Of a stretch of DNA of 64,000 nucleotides, positions 48,375-58,390 are shown one piece after another. How positions within the stretch are numbered: position 1 is the first letter of the stretch; each line of letters starts with the position of its first letter. Under the pieces are notes generated by a model. The model had not been told where the DNA came from and searched no databases. It saw only the letters and a list, made by a program, of their open reading frames with translations. Origin of the DNA: Planctomycetota bacterium (GTDB taxonomy: Bacteria; Planctomycetota; UBA8108; SXIK01); the NCBI GenBank assembly GCA_965223845.1, contig CBDCXR010000004.1, positions 608,001-672,000 on the forward strand, written 5' to 3'. Made by a program: the position numbers and the translations under genes.

Positions 48375-51300
48375 TCACGGACACGCGCCGACACCGAGCT
48401 CGTCGTAGCTCGGGCAGTCGCCCGGGATCTGGACGCAGTTGAACGCATTCGCGACGTCCGCGAGCACGTGAGCCACGTTACCGGGCAGCTGCGACGCGAA
48501 GAGCCAGTTCAGGCCTCCCGCCGCGTCGGCGATGTTGACGTCGCCGTCACCGTTCCAGTCCGCCAGCGCAAGACCGGCTTCCGTGTAGGTGATGATGCCC
48601 TGGTCGTCCTTCGTGGCGACGCACTCGTTGATCTCCTGCTGTGCGAACAACGCGTTGAGCAGGAAGACCATGTCGGACACGTCGAGCTGAGCGCTCAGGT
48701 TGAGGTCACCCGGAATCAGGTTCGTGCCACCCGAGACGCAGGTGAACGAGCACGACGCCGTCGCCGTGTCGCCGCAGCCGCCGTCGGCGGTCGAGACGCT
48801 CACGGTGACCTCGCCGGTCTCCGCACCTTCGGGGATCTCGCACTGAACCATGATCGTCGCGCCCGTGGCGTCGCCCACGATCGACCCGCCTTCGACGGAC
48901 CACTCGTAGGTGACCGCGCCGTCGGCGCCGCCGACCGCGGCCGTGAGCTCGACGAGGCTGCTATCGGCCGCCTCCGAGGGACAACCCTCGATCGCGACCG
49001 AGTCCACCGCCTCGGTGCAAACCGAAGCGAGGCGGACGTTGTCGACCTCTTGGTGAGCCGTGGCACCACCGGTCGCACCGTTGAACCCGAGCACGAGGTC
49101 ACCCGCGGGGAGCGGAGCGATATGCGTGCTGAGGACGTGCATCCGGTCCGTGCTGCCGTCGTTGGCCGTCACGTACGCGTCGACCTGACCGCTCGGGAGG
49201 TACGTCACTTCGACGTGGACACCCTCGGGCGCGAAGATGCTCGGGAGAGCGTCGGTCGGAACGCCGAAGCGGACGTTGTCCTGAATCGACAGGACGCTTC
49301 CGTTGACGTTCACACCGAGGTGCCAGTTGCAATCGAAGCCCGGCGAACCGGCGTCGCCCGGGTCGTTGCCGCCGACCCAGTTGTCCATCTCGATACCGAA
49401 GCTCGGGAAGCACTCGGCTCGCTGGACGACCGCGCCGCTATCGTAGGCGAGGCCTCCGCCGCCGCCACCGAGGAGCGTCGGAAGGTCGAGACCACCGGGG
49501 AACGGCGCGAGCGCAGACGCGAGGCCGTCCTCGGCACCGGTCGCGATGACCGTGAACTGGAAGCCGTCGGCCGGGTTCGGATCAGCCGCCGGATCGCAGC
49601 CGCCGTCACCCTTCGACATGTAGGCGTCGAACTCGACCGAGAAGCCCTCCGCGATCAGCGCAGCGCCGGCATCACCGGACGCCGGAACGCCGTAGTAGAC
49701 CGCGTGGGCCTGACCACCCGTCCCGTCTTCGGTGACGCGGAGTCGTCCGTCGACAGCCGCCGGCGAGAAGTTGTTGGTGTCGTTGTCGACCACGATTCCG
49801 AGGTCGCTGTCGTCGTCGTACGTAAGGAGCGCAAGCTCGGTGTCACCGGCTCCCGTTCCGAGCGTCTCGACGTCGTCCGACTGGATGTCCATCGAGTAGA
49901 CGACTGTGGTTTGGTTGCCGGAGTGCGCCGTGAGGCTCATGCCGACAAGAACTTCGTCGGGCATCAACCCGGCGTGGTCATCCGAACCGACGAAACAATA
50001 GCCGCCGTCGGGATTCCCCTCGCCGTCGTCGAACGCCATGTAGACCGAGATGACCTGGCCGCGCCGGATCATCATCATGTGCTCGGGACGCCGCGTGATG
50101 CGGTCCGCCGGGTTGCCGAAGCCACCGTCGGGGGTGTTCCGGAGCGCGCCGTCATCGACGACGTACACATTGTCCTGGCTGCCGCGACCCTGATCGCGCC
50201 GGTGGAAACCGTTCACGCGTCGCTGGAGACGCGGGAGGTCGATCGGCTCGTTCGAGGAGGCGACGTTGGTCTGGCACTGGGTGTAGCGGGCGTCGGTGTC
50301 GGTCGAGTACCGAGCCATGATGCCGTGCTTACCCCAGCGGCTTCCGGCGACCGGGTCGACGCGGCTCTTGATGTGCGCGCGCGCCGTGAAGTCTCCCGTC
50401 ACCTTCTTGTAGGCGAAGTGGAAGCTGTCGCCGTCCTGCCAGATATCGCTGCCGTTTCCGACCTGCGTGTAGTCGGTGCCGTCGAAGGCGAGGTCCGGGT
50501 TGTTGGCGTTCCCGGTGTCGTGGGCCTGATCGAAGATACCGACCGGACCGGAACCCTTGAGGACCGTCTCCTTGTTGCCCGCGCCGCGGCGGGTGTTCGA
50601 CGAAGCGAAGCCCATGTTCCGCGTGCCACCGACGCCATCGGCGTAGCCGAAGACGCTCCAGACGTCCGGACCACCACCGAGCTGGTAGCTGACACCACCA
50701 TTCAGATCCTCACGGGAGACGTTTTCCCAGGTGATCGTATTGCCGGTGAAGATCGTGAACACCGAGTCGTCGGCGAAGTTCGGGACGGGGAAGCAGGTGA
50801 TGCCTTCCGTGATCGGAGTGTCGTCGGAGTTTTGGAAACGGAAACGGAAACCGTGTCCGCCACCACCCTCGAACACCTTGATCATGACCTTGTGGTAGCC
50901 AGCGGACAGGTCACCGATGTCGAACTGATCTTGCACGGAGTTCGCACCGCCGAATCCACGCGGGACGCTGCGGGAAAACACCGAGACGCCGTCGATGATG
51001 ACCTGAACGCTGTCGTCGCTCGCGACACCACCACGGACTCCCGTGAGATCATTCTCGAACTTGACGTACGTCACCGAGTACATCATGACGTTGTTGATGT
51101 CGCCACAGTAGACGTCGGCGTTGTAGTCGATCGTGTCGTTCGCATCGAACACGGCCGTCCAGCGTCCATCGGGGCCGAGACAGCTTCCGACGAAACCCGT
51201 CGAAGCGGCGACCCCGAAGTCGATGTTCTCCACATCGCCATCCTGCGGCTCGACGTCGAGTTCGTTGTTGTCACCGGCCAGGTAGTCCATCTCGATGTCG

Positions 51301-52385
51301 GCGACCGCGGGACCGGCGCCGCCACCCTGGGCGAGCGGTCCGAGGTGGACCCAAGCCTTGAGGAAACCGAACTCGTTGACGTTCGATTCGGGCGTGAAGT
51401 CGATCGTGTCATCCGCGACCGTACCGCCGTGCGAGATGTTCGAGATCTCGGCGCCGTGCGGCGTGATGCGCTCGACGACCGTCGCGGTCGCTTCACCGCC
51501 ACCGGTCTCGGACGAGCGAATCGTGACCGTGTTGTCCGCGGTCGGCGCGAACTGGCCGCCATCGGAGAGGACGCGACGCACGGTCGCCGCCGGCGAAAGA
51601 TCGCCGACCGGGTCCGGACCGAGGAACACGATTCCGTCGTCTTCCGAGTCCGTCTGCGCGACACCGTTCCGGTCGAAGATGCGGCAACGACCGTTGAAAC
51701 CGCCGCCACCTTCCCAGACGAGGAGAACGATGCGGTGATTTCCCTCAGCGAGGTAGACCGGAGCGCGGTCCTGGCAGTTGCCACCACCGCGGCAGATGCT
51801 GTTCACGTGGACGATCTGGTCATCGACGATGACCATGATCGAGTCGTCGCTACCGACGCAGAAGTCGTACGTGCCGGCCTGGACGACGTTGATGTACGTG
51901 TGGGAGATCGCGTAGACGTCGTTGTTCGGGATCGCGCCGTCCTCGAGACCGAAGTCCGGGTGATCCTGAACGCGCTCAAGGAACCCGTTGTAGTCCATCA
52001 CGTTGCCGCCGAGCGTGTTGTTCCAGCGGTCGGGGTTTCCGTCTTCCGGCGGGAACGCGGCATTCATCGCATCGACGCTCAGCCAGAACGCACGTCCTTC
52101 GGTAAGAGGAGAAAGAATGTACTGCGGTCCCGGGCCGAGCGTGTCGTCAGCCGGACCTGGAAGCGCGGTGCTGATATCGCGGAGATCGACGCCTGCACCG
52201 GCCCAGTTCTCCGACATCATGCGCGGAATACCGCCGCCGTCGCAGCCCGTTCCGAAACGAAGGACGGTGTGCGTCCACCCCTGTCCCTGAATGAACCCGT
52301 CTGGGTTGTACTGGGCGTGCGCGCTCTGAGCGACCAGGGTCGCGAACGCGAAAGCGCCGAGCACTGTCAGCCACTTTCTATGCAT
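48375..52385 (-). CDS. Large secreted multidomain protein (PA14-like, lectin/beta-sandwich-like domains, divergent dockerin-like C-terminus)
   Basis: Signal peptide ..AHAQ; two GSDDS/ASDDS..V(W/F)EGGGG PA14-like modules; GSDIWQDGDSFHFAY; ADGFQF..IEMDNW..GFNGATGG L-lectin-like; PGDLN..ADWNGDG. Confidence 0.82.
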   Translation of the reverse strand: MHRKWLTVLGAFAFATLVAQSAHAQYNPDGFIQGQGWTHTVLRFGTGCDGGGIPRMMSENWAGAGVDLRDISTALPGPADDTLGPGPQYILSPLTEGRAFWLSVDAMNAAFPPEDGNPDRWNNTLGGNVMDYNGFLERVQDHPDFGLEDGAIPNNDVYAISHTYINVVQAGTYDFCVGSDDSIMVIVDDQIVHVNSICRGGGNCQDRAPVYLAEGNHRIVLLVWEGGGGFNGRCRIFDRNGVAQTDSEDDGIVFLGPDPVGDLSPAATVRRVLSDGGQFAPTADNTVTIRSSETGGGEATATVVERITPHGAEISNISHGGTVADDTIDFTPESNVNEFGFLKAWVHLGPLAQGGGAGPAVADIEMDYLAGDNNELDVEPQDGDVENIDFGVAASTGFVGSCLGPDGRWTAVFDANDTIDYNADVYCGDINNVMMYSVTYVKFENDLTGVRGGVASDDSVQVIIDGVSVFSRSVPRGFGGANSVQDQFDIGDLSAGYHKVMIKVFEGGGGHGFRFRFQNSDDTPITEGITCFPVPNFADDSVFTIFTGNTITWENVSREDLNGGVSYQLGGGPDVWSVFGYADGVGGTRNMGFASSNTRRGAGNKETVLKGSGPVGIFDQAHDTGNANNPDLAFDGTDYTQVGNGSDIWQDGDSFHFAYKKVTGDFTARAHIKSRVDPVAGSRWGKHGIMARYSTDTDARYTQCQTNVASSNEPIDLPRLQRRVNGFHRRDQGRGSQDNVYVVDDGALRNTPDGGFGNPADRITRRPEHMMMIRRGQVISVYMAFDDGEGNPDGGYCFVGSDDHAGLMPDEVLVGMSLTAHSGNQTTVVYSMDIQSDDVETLGTGAGDTELALLTYDDDSDLGIVVDNDTNNFSPAAVDGRLRVTEDGTGGQAHAVYYGVPASGDAGAALIAEGFSVEFDAYMSKGDGGCDPAADPNPADGFQFTVIATGAEDGLASALAPFPGGLDLPTLLGGGGGGLAYDSGAVVQRAECFPSFGIEMDNWVGGNDPGDAGSPGFDCNWHLGVNVNGSVLSIQDNVRFGVPTDALPSIFAPEGVHVEVTYLPSGQVDAYVTANDGSTDRMHVLSTHIAPLPAGDLVLGFNGATGGATAHQEVDNVRLASVCTEAVDSVAIEGCPSEAADSSLVELTAAVGGADGAVTYEWSVEGGSIVGDATGATIMVQCEIPEGAETGEVTVSVSTADGGCGDTATASCSFTCVSGGTNLIPGDLNLSAQLDVSDMVFLLNALFAQQEINECVATKDDQGIITYTEAGLALADWNGDGDVNIADAAGGLNWLFASQLPGNVAHVLADVANAFNCVQIPGDCPSYDELGVGACP

Positions 52386-52818
52386 CTCTCGAAAACCTCC
52401 CGAGGTGATTGAGAAACGAAAACTTTTCAAAACCCATCGCAATCAGCTCGGACCGTTCGCCTTCGGCTTCCACGTTGCGGAAGAACCTGCGAAACGACCG
52501 AGCCCCTTCCTGCCCGAGAACTTCTCTTCCTTTTTCCCTCGTTGCCTTGTCTTTCGTCGTCTCTCCTTTCCTACCTATCCCTCCGCCGCGCAGGTGCCGC
52601 TCGGCTGTGACCACTCGGACAGTGACTCGACTGCTACGAGTGGCCGCGGACGATCGGACGAGCCGACAGAAACGGCAGCGAGGGAAACCCTACTCCACTG
52701 GACGCGCGCGGAACCTTCGGTCCGAACGTGCCTCCGTTGACTTCGACCCAGTTAATCTCTCTGCGCCGGACCTCTCCGCGCGCAGCTTCCATTTCGATCA
52801 CACCCTTGACCGGGTTCC

Positions 52819-52847
52819 ACTATGAAGGCGGATGGGAGGCGCGGCAA
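52819..52847 (-). promoter_or_regulatory. Sigma70-type promoter for the 48375-52385 gene
   Basis: Minus strand TTGCCG, 17 nt, CATAGT (same hexamers as the rpsU -35 and trp -10 candidates). Confidence 0.45.
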
Positions 52848-53114
52848 GTAGAACTCGAGCGCCGTGCCCTGCGCGAACTCACGTTCGGCGCGCCTGAAGA
52901 ACTCGTCAGGGGGAACTTTCTTGGTTCAGACCCGGTGGATTCAGACTCGACCCAAGAGTGCTGAATAGCGCTTGAGTATAGCGACTGCCGCATCCCAAGT
53001 GAACAGTTCGAGCCGCTTTTCTCCGGGTCGGGAGGGCGTGAACGGGGTTTGTTGGGGCCGTGTGAGGGGACGCTCCGGGGGGTGGGCTCGCGTGCGTCAC
53101 GCGTCCCCGACAAA

Positions 53115-55154
53115 TCACCGCTCGATCATCCGCCGGTAGAGATCCTTCACGTCCGCGACGTCCGCCGGAGAGGCGTCCTCCGGGCAGGCCTCCTCCCTCG
53201 AGAAGAGGTCGTCGGCGTCATTCGCGAGCTCCGTGAGAAAACGAGACGGCTCTCGCTCCTTCGACTCGCCGTAAAGATTGCGTGAGCTCGCGCAGGTCAT
53301 GACGAGCTCTTCGCGGGCCCGCGTGATCCCGACGTAAAAGATGCGGCGCTCCTCCTCGATCGCGTGGTCGCCGTCCGCTACGCTCCGCCGGTGGGGGAGG
53401 ATGTCCTCTTCGACCCCGACGAGGTAGACGACCGGGAACTCTAGCCCCTTCGCGCTGTGGAGCGTCATGAGCGTGACGCGCCCGCCGCGCGTCGCGTCCT
53501 CGTCTTTACCGCGCGAGAGCTGCTCGTCGAGAGAAAGCGCGGAGAGAAACTCCGTGAATTCCGCGGTGGGGTCGCGTCGCGCCCACTCACCGACCGAGTT
53601 GACGAACTCGCGGACGGAGCGCCACCGCGCGTCGCGGACGAGCGGGTCGGGATAGAGATCGGTGACGGCCTGCGCGTAGTCGGCTTCGGCGATGAGGGAG
53701 CTCGCCATGTCCGAAAACTCCCGCCGCTCGAGCCGATCTCTCGCGCGCGAGAAGAGCTCGGCGACCTCGGTACAGCTCGCGCGAACCCGCGGCGCGAAGT
53801 CGCCTTCTCCGGCACCGATTCGGGGCAGGGCTTCGCTGATTGAGATCCGCTCCGTGCGAGCGAACGCGTCGAGCTTTTCGATCGTCCCCGTTCCGAACCC
53901 GCGCTTCGGGACATTGATCACTCGGAGGAGCGAAAGGTCGTCGCTCGGATTGGCCGTCGCCTTCCAGTACGCGAGGACGTCCCGGATCTCCTTTCGGTCG
54001 AACCAGGACTGCCCGCCGATGAGGACGTAGGGGATCTGGCGGAGGCGCAGCTTCTGCTCGAACGGTCGGGCCTGCTGGGCCGAACGAACGAGGATCGCCA
54101 CCGGCCGCTCGCGCGTAGCGGGATCACTTCGGAGAAGGTCGATCTCACGGACGACGGTGTCGACCTCCGCCGCCTCGTCCTCGGCGAAGACGAGGCGAAC
54201 CCTCTCCCCGCGCCCGAGCGTGCTCCGGAGCTCTTTATCGTGTCGGTTCGCCCCGGCCGCGATCACCGCGTTCGCGAGTCGGAGGATCCGCTCCGTCGAC
54301 CGGTAGTTTTCCTCGAGCTTGACGACGGTCGCGCCCGGAAAGTCCCGCTCGAACCGTAGGATCTTTTCGCGGTCGGCGCCCCGGAAGCCGTAGATCGACT
54401 GATCGTCGTCGCCTACGACGCAAAGATTTCGCGCCGGGTTGACGAGGCGCTGGAGGAGCTCGTACTGGGCGCCGTTCGTATCCTGATACTCGTCGACCAG
54501 GATGTAGCGGAAGCGATGCCGATACTCGTCGCGAACTTCGGGCTCCCGCTCGAGCAGGGCCGCGGGGAGCAGGATCAGGTCGTCGAAGTCGACCGAATTG
54601 AGGACGCGGAGGTGTTCCTGGTAGCGTGCGTAGACCGTCGCGACGAGCGCTTCGAAGTCGTCGTCTGCCTCGTCGGCCGCCGCATCGGGAAACACGAGTC
54701 GATTCTTCAGGCGTGAGATCGCGGCGAGGATCGCGGCGGGCTGTTTCGCCGGCACGTCGCCGCGGATGTCGCGGGCGATCGTGCGGACGAGGGAGACCTG
54801 GTCGCTCGTGTCGTGGATGCTGAAGTTCCGCCGGTAGCCGAGGCGCTGAGCGTGAGTGCGCAGGATCCGCATCCCGAGGGAGTGGAAGGTCGAGAGGACG
54901 ATGCCCTTCGCGCCGCCGCCGAGTAGGTGACCGATGCGCTCGCGCATCTCGGCCGCCGCCTTGTTGGTGAACGTGAGACCGAGCACGCTCTCCGGGCGCA
55001 CTCCCCGAGCGAGGAGGTACGCGATCCGATACGTGATGACTCGCGTCTTACCCGTGCCCGCGCCTGCGAGGACGAGAACGGGACCTTCGGTCGTCGAGAC
55101 CGCCTCCCGCTGCGCGACGTTGAGTCCGCGCAAGAGCTCGCCGGTTCCCCGCAT
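53115..55154 (-). CDS. UvrD/Rep/PcrA family ATP-dependent DNA helicase
   Basis: LAGAGTGKT, TFTNKAA, VDEYQDTN, VGDDDQSIY, LEENYRS, MTLHSAKGLEF, EERRIFYVGITRA. Confidence 0.95.
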   Translation of the reverse strand: MRGTGELLRGLNVAQREAVSTTEGPVLVLAGAGTGKTRVITYRIAYLLARGVRPESVLGLTFTNKAAAEMRERIGHLLGGGAKGIVLSTFHSLGMRILRTHAQRLGYRRNFSIHDTSDQVSLVRTIARDIRGDVPAKQPAAILAAISRLKNRLVFPDAAADEADDDFEALVATVYARYQEHLRVLNSVDFDDLILLPAALLEREPEVRDEYRHRFRYILVDEYQDTNGAQYELLQRLVNPARNLCVVGDDDQSIYGFRGADREKILRFERDFPGATVVKLEENYRSTERILRLANAVIAAGANRHDKELRSTLGRGERVRLVFAEDEAAEVDTVVREIDLLRSDPATRERPVAILVRSAQQARPFEQKLRLRQIPYVLIGGQSWFDRKEIRDVLAYWKATANPSDDLSLLRVINVPKRGFGTGTIEKLDAFARTERISISEALPRIGAGEGDFAPRVRASCTEVAELFSRARDRLERREFSDMASSLIAEADYAQAVTDLYPDPLVRDARWRSVREFVNSVGEWARRDPTAEFTEFLSALSLDEQLSRGKDEDATRGGRVTLMTLHSAKGLEFPVVYLVGVEEDILPHRRSVADGDHAIEEERRIFYVGITRAREELVMTCASSRNLYGESKEREPSRFLTELANDADDLFSREEACPEDASPADVADVKDLYRRMIER

Positions 55155-55290
55155 CTCGTCCCTCCCCTCCCTTTCCTCTTCCACTTCCCAAACCACCGCC
55201 GCGATCGCCCGCCGTGCTCCGAATCGATCCCGACTCCGCTAGCCCGCGCGAGCCACTGAACGCGCGAGCTTCACGCGAGATTCGATCGAC

Positions 55291-56439
55291 CTACCGCTCC
55301 TCGAGGGGAACCCAGTGGGCCTCCTGCGGCCCGTCGTAGAGCGCGCGCGGGCGGATGAGCGAATTGTCGGCGTACTGTTCGAAGAGGTGCGCGACCCAAC
55401 CTGCGACGCGGCTGCACGCGAAGATCGGCGTGTAGAGGTCGGGCGGGAGGCCGAGGCAGAAGTACGTCGAGGCGCTGTAGAAGTCTACGTTCGGTAGGAG
55501 CCCCTTTTGACCTGTGACGAGCTCTTCGAGCTTGGCGGAGATCTCGTACCAGTGCGGCTGCTTCGTGAGCTCCCCGAGCTTCTTCGACATGCGCTTCAGG
55601 TGCTTCGCCCGGGGATCGCCGTCTTTGTAGACGCGGTGGCCGAAGCCCATGATCTTCTTCTTTTGAGCGAGCTTCTCCTCGAGCCACGACTCGACGCGGT
55701 CGACCGAGCCGATCTCTTTGAGCGACTCCATCACCGCGCGATTCGCGCCGCCGTGAAGCGGTCCTTTGAGCGTCCCGATCGCCGCAGAGACCGCCGAGTG
55801 GAGATCGGAAAGCGTGCTCGCAGTGACTCGCCCGGAAAACGTCGAGGCGTTGAGCTCGTGGTCGGCGTGAAGGATCAGCGCCTTGTCGATCGCCTCCGCC
55901 TCGATCGCGTCCGGCTCGCGGCCGTTTAGCTGGTAGAAGAAATTGCCCCCGAAGTCGAGCGAGTCGCTCGGAGCGACCGGCTCGTGTCCCGAACGCAGCC
56001 GGTGATAGCCGCAGGTCCACGAAGTCAGCTGCGCCGTCGCGCGAATCGCCTTGCGACGATTCGCTTCCGGCGTATTCGCCGCGGCGTCCGGGTCGAACAT
56101 GCCGAGGACGGCCATCCCCGCCTGAAGGACCCGCATGGGGTCCGTATCCTTCGGCATCGCGCGGAGCACGTCGACCGCGCCGTCCGGGAGCCGAAACGCC
56201 TGCCGAAGATCGGCGCGAAGCTCGTCGAGCTCGTTCGCGCGCGGCAGCCTCGCTTCCCAGAGGAGATGGATGATCTCTTCGAACGTCCCGTTGTCGGTCA
56301 GCTCGTCGATGTTGATGCCGCGGTACGTGAGCGTCGCGCCGATGATCGACGAGATCGACGAGCGGTGGGAGATCACTCCCACGAGCCCGGACTTGATCTC
56401 CGGTTCGGCCGCACCCGATTGCGATTGGGCTCCCGTCAT
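55291..56439 (-). CDS. gltA: Citrate synthase (short type I; 2-methylcitrate synthase not excluded)
   Basis: LTYRG, HADHELNAST, GPLHGGAN, GFGHRVY, DPR, PNVDFYS, LIRP. Confidence 0.92.
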   Translation of the reverse strand: MTGAQSQSGAAEPEIKSGLVGVISHRSSISSIIGATLTYRGINIDELTDNGTFEEIIHLLWEARLPRANELDELRADLRQAFRLPDGAVDVLRAMPKDTDPMRVLQAGMAVLGMFDPDAAANTPEANRRKAIRATAQLTSWTCGYHRLRSGHEPVAPSDSLDFGGNFFYQLNGREPDAIEAEAIDKALILHADHELNASTFSGRVTASTLSDLHSAVSAAIGTLKGPLHGGANRAVMESLKEIGSVDRVESWLEEKLAQKKKIMGFGHRVYKDGDPRAKHLKRMSKKLGELTKQPHWYEISAKLEELVTGQKGLLPNVDFYSASTYFCLGLPPDLYTPIFACSRVAGWVAHLFEQYADNSLIRPRALYDGPQEAHWVPLEER

Positions 56440-57039
56440 GTCCGTTCCCTGAGTCCTTCTCTCGTCCGCCGCGAGTTTCACTACGCGGCTTTGCGATGCC
56501 CCTGCCGTGTCCAGCGGTCCGTTCGTGGTTCTCTGACTCGGATTGCTGCCTTGGTTCGCTCGTCGCTCTCGCCCGCCGATGGGCGACCGCCCTCGCCGGC
56601 GGGTGAAACTGGTCGATCCGATCTCGCGATCACCCGGGGCGAGCTCCGCCGCTCGCCGCTTCGGCCTGCTCCCGCGAAACCCCGAACTTTCCGCGACTCC
56701 GCGCCAGCAGATCTCGCCACCGACGTCGGGTAGCCCGGGCCGACGCTTCGCGGGCATGGACGCCGGTCAGCGAACCCAAGGGGTAGCGCGGCCGCGCGCT
56801 CGGGCCGCGTCGTCCGAAAGTTGAAAAGCGAGGGGTTTCTCGCGCCGGCCGGGCCCCTAAGTCCTTGCACTGCTTGACGTTGCGGGCTTGGTCCGCGAGG
56901 CCGGGCGGCAGTCGAGCGCGACGATCTTAGCCCTATCGAGCGGGTGAATTCAACCTTCTTCGGCCGGCCGGGAGCGGGGGATGAGCGGACTGTTCCTCGA
57001 GAGTTCAGCCCGTCGGACCGCCGCACTTCCGCTTGGGGG

Positions 57040-58269
57040 TCACGTCGCGGCGGGTTCGCCGGGCTTACCGGCCTGGAGCACGCGCTTCATGTTTCGCGCG
57101 GCTTGGAGAAGGCGTTGCTCGTTCTCGATCAGGGCCATTCGGACGGCGCCCTCGCCGTCCGGGCCGAATCCGATTCCGGGAGACAGTGCGACTGCGGCGT
57201 CCGCCATCATCTGCTGGGCGAACTCCATCGAGCCGAGCTGTCGGTGCGAGGAGGGGATTTCCGCCCAGACGAACATCCCCGCGCGGGGCTTCGGAACCGT
57301 GCCCCAGCCGCCGCGCTCGAGCGCCGCGACGAGGGAATCTCGGCGTCGCGCGTACTTCTTCGCCTGTTCGCTCGCGAAGTCCGCGCAGTGGCGAAGTCCG
57401 ATGATCGACGCGATCTGGATCGCCTGGAAGATTCCGTAGTCGTAGTAGCCTTTGATCGCGGCGAGCCCCGAGATCACTTTCTCGTTCCCGGCGCAGAAGC
57501 CGATCCGCCAGCCGGCCATGTTGAACGCCTTCGACATGGTGATGAACTCGACACCGACGTCTTTCGCGCCGGGAGTCTCGAGAAAGCTCGGGGCGCGGTA
57601 GCCGTCGAAGCAGAGCTGACCGTAGGCGAAGTCGTGGACGACGATGAGCTCGTGTTTCTTGGCGAGCCGGACGACGTCCGCGAAGAACTCCGGCTCGACG
57701 GTGTGGCCCGTCGGGTTGTGCGGGTAGTTGATGAAGAGGACCTTCGGTGCCGGACGCATCGAGCTGCAGATAAAGCTCACGCGCCGCAGAAACTCTTCGT
57801 CGTCGCGAACCGGCACGGAGATGTAGTTCGCACCGGCGAGGACGACTGCGTTCGCGTGGATCGGGAACGCGGGGCTGGGGACGAGCGCGCTGTCCCCCGG
57901 ACCGAGAAGCGCGAGGCAAAGATGGCTGAAACCCTCTTTCGAGCCGATCGTCGCGATGACCTCGGTCTCCGGCGCCAAGCCGACGTTCCACATTCGATCG
58001 TAGTACTTCGCGACCTCCTTGCGGAGATTGTCGATCCCGCCCGCGGTCGAGTAGCGGTGGTTCCGCGGATCTCTCACCACCTCGCAGAGTTTCTCGACGA
58101 TGACTTCCGGCGTCGCGTCGGTGGGATTCCCCATCGCGAGGTCGATCACATCGACCTGCTCGCGTCGCAGCTTCAGCTTGAGCGCATTGATCCGACCGAA
58201 CATGTACGGCGGGAGCCGGTCCAGTCGATCGCTCAGGTGAATCGGATGGTCTCGGTCGTTCTCGTTCAT
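57040..58269 (-). CDS. PLP-dependent aminotransferase class I/II (AlaC-like)
   Basis: RLPPY, IGSKEG, NYPHNPTG, HDFAY, SKAFNMAGWRIG, DYGIF, VRMALIENEQR. Confidence 0.9.
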   Translation of the reverse strand: MNENDRDHPIHLSDRLDRLPPYMFGRINALKLKLRREQVDVIDLAMGNPTDATPEVIVEKLCEVVRDPRNHRYSTAGGIDNLRKEVAKYYDRMWNVGLAPETEVIATIGSKEGFSHLCLALLGPGDSALVPSPAFPIHANAVVLAGANYISVPVRDDEEFLRRVSFICSSMRPAPKVLFINYPHNPTGHTVEPEFFADVVRLAKKHELIVVHDFAYGQLCFDGYRAPSFLETPGAKDVGVEFITMSKAFNMAGWRIGFCAGNEKVISGLAAIKGYYDYGIFQAIQIASIIGLRHCADFASEQAKKYARRRDSLVAALERGGWGTVPKPRAGMFVWAEIPSSHRQLGSMEFAQQMMADAAVALSPGIGFGPDGEGAVRMALIENEQRLLQAARNMKRVLQAGKPGEPAAT

Positions 58270-58390
58270 GGCTGGGGCGCACGGGAATTGCCCGCGCGAG
58301 GCTCGCGGTTCCGGCTCGGCCCGCCGACGGTCGCGAAGAGGCCGAAGCTGATCCATCTTTCGGGTACGTCCGCGCGGGCGGCAGGCAGAG

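Noticed and set aside
48324-52412. 1362-aa plus-strand ORF
   Set aside because: Antisense shadow of the minus-strand exoprotein; Arg/Val/Asp-rich with no motifs, as expected from high-GC codon bias.
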